Shown here: positions 63,901 to 64,000 of the stretch, piece by piece
Layout of the letters: each line of letters begins with the position of its first letter
Numbering within the stretch: the first letter of the stretch is position 1
Assembly: GCA_964234715.1 (NCBI GenBank)
Contig: OZ174281.1
Strand: one strand, 5' to 3'
DNA: 64,000 bases
DNA from: Podarcis melisellensis
Taxonomy: Eukaryota
Position numbers and translations under genes: made by a program
The notes under the pieces: generated by a model
Database searches by the model: none
Told to the model about the DNA's origin: nothing
What the model saw: only the letters and a program-made list of their open reading frames with translations

Positions 63901-64000
63901 GGTGGGGATTGCACCATCTATCTCCGAAGCAACATACAGTATTCTCTTTCTCTCTGAGCTTTGGATTCTTTCATTAAAACAAGCAACTTGCAGGTCATTC

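Overview
Vertebrate genomic DNA, most likely a lacertid lizard (inferred from Sauria/Squam1 SINEs, a Squam3-type SINE, BovB and squamate MITEs). The only host gene is the 5' part of NEDD9 (HEF1/Cas-L) on the + strand. It has a CpG-rich promoter (~23.8-24.4 kb), a 12-nt first coding segment (MKYK, 24164-24175), a ~25.5 kb intron 1, and a 447-nt exon 2 (49712-50158; SH3 domain plus four YQVP motifs). Exon 3 was not found in the window. The rest is intronic or upstream DNA rich in transposons (L1, L2, CR1, RTE/BovB, Penelope-like, SINEs, hAT and Tigger-type MITEs), with a damaged tRNA-Thr(AGT) copy, microsatellites and one assembly gap. Nearly all ORFs in the track are spurious or TE-derived. The best leads are: a frame-preserving 21-nt candidate microexon or alternative start in NEDD9 intron 1; a 63-bp hairpin in intron 2 with only G-U wobbles on the sense strand; a Penelope-type inverted repeat with a hammerhead-like core; a SINE and a BovB LINE inserted at one site with a triplicated target duplication; and a young antisense L1 insertion. 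No novel multi-gene system is evident, and repeat family names are from recall, not database searches.
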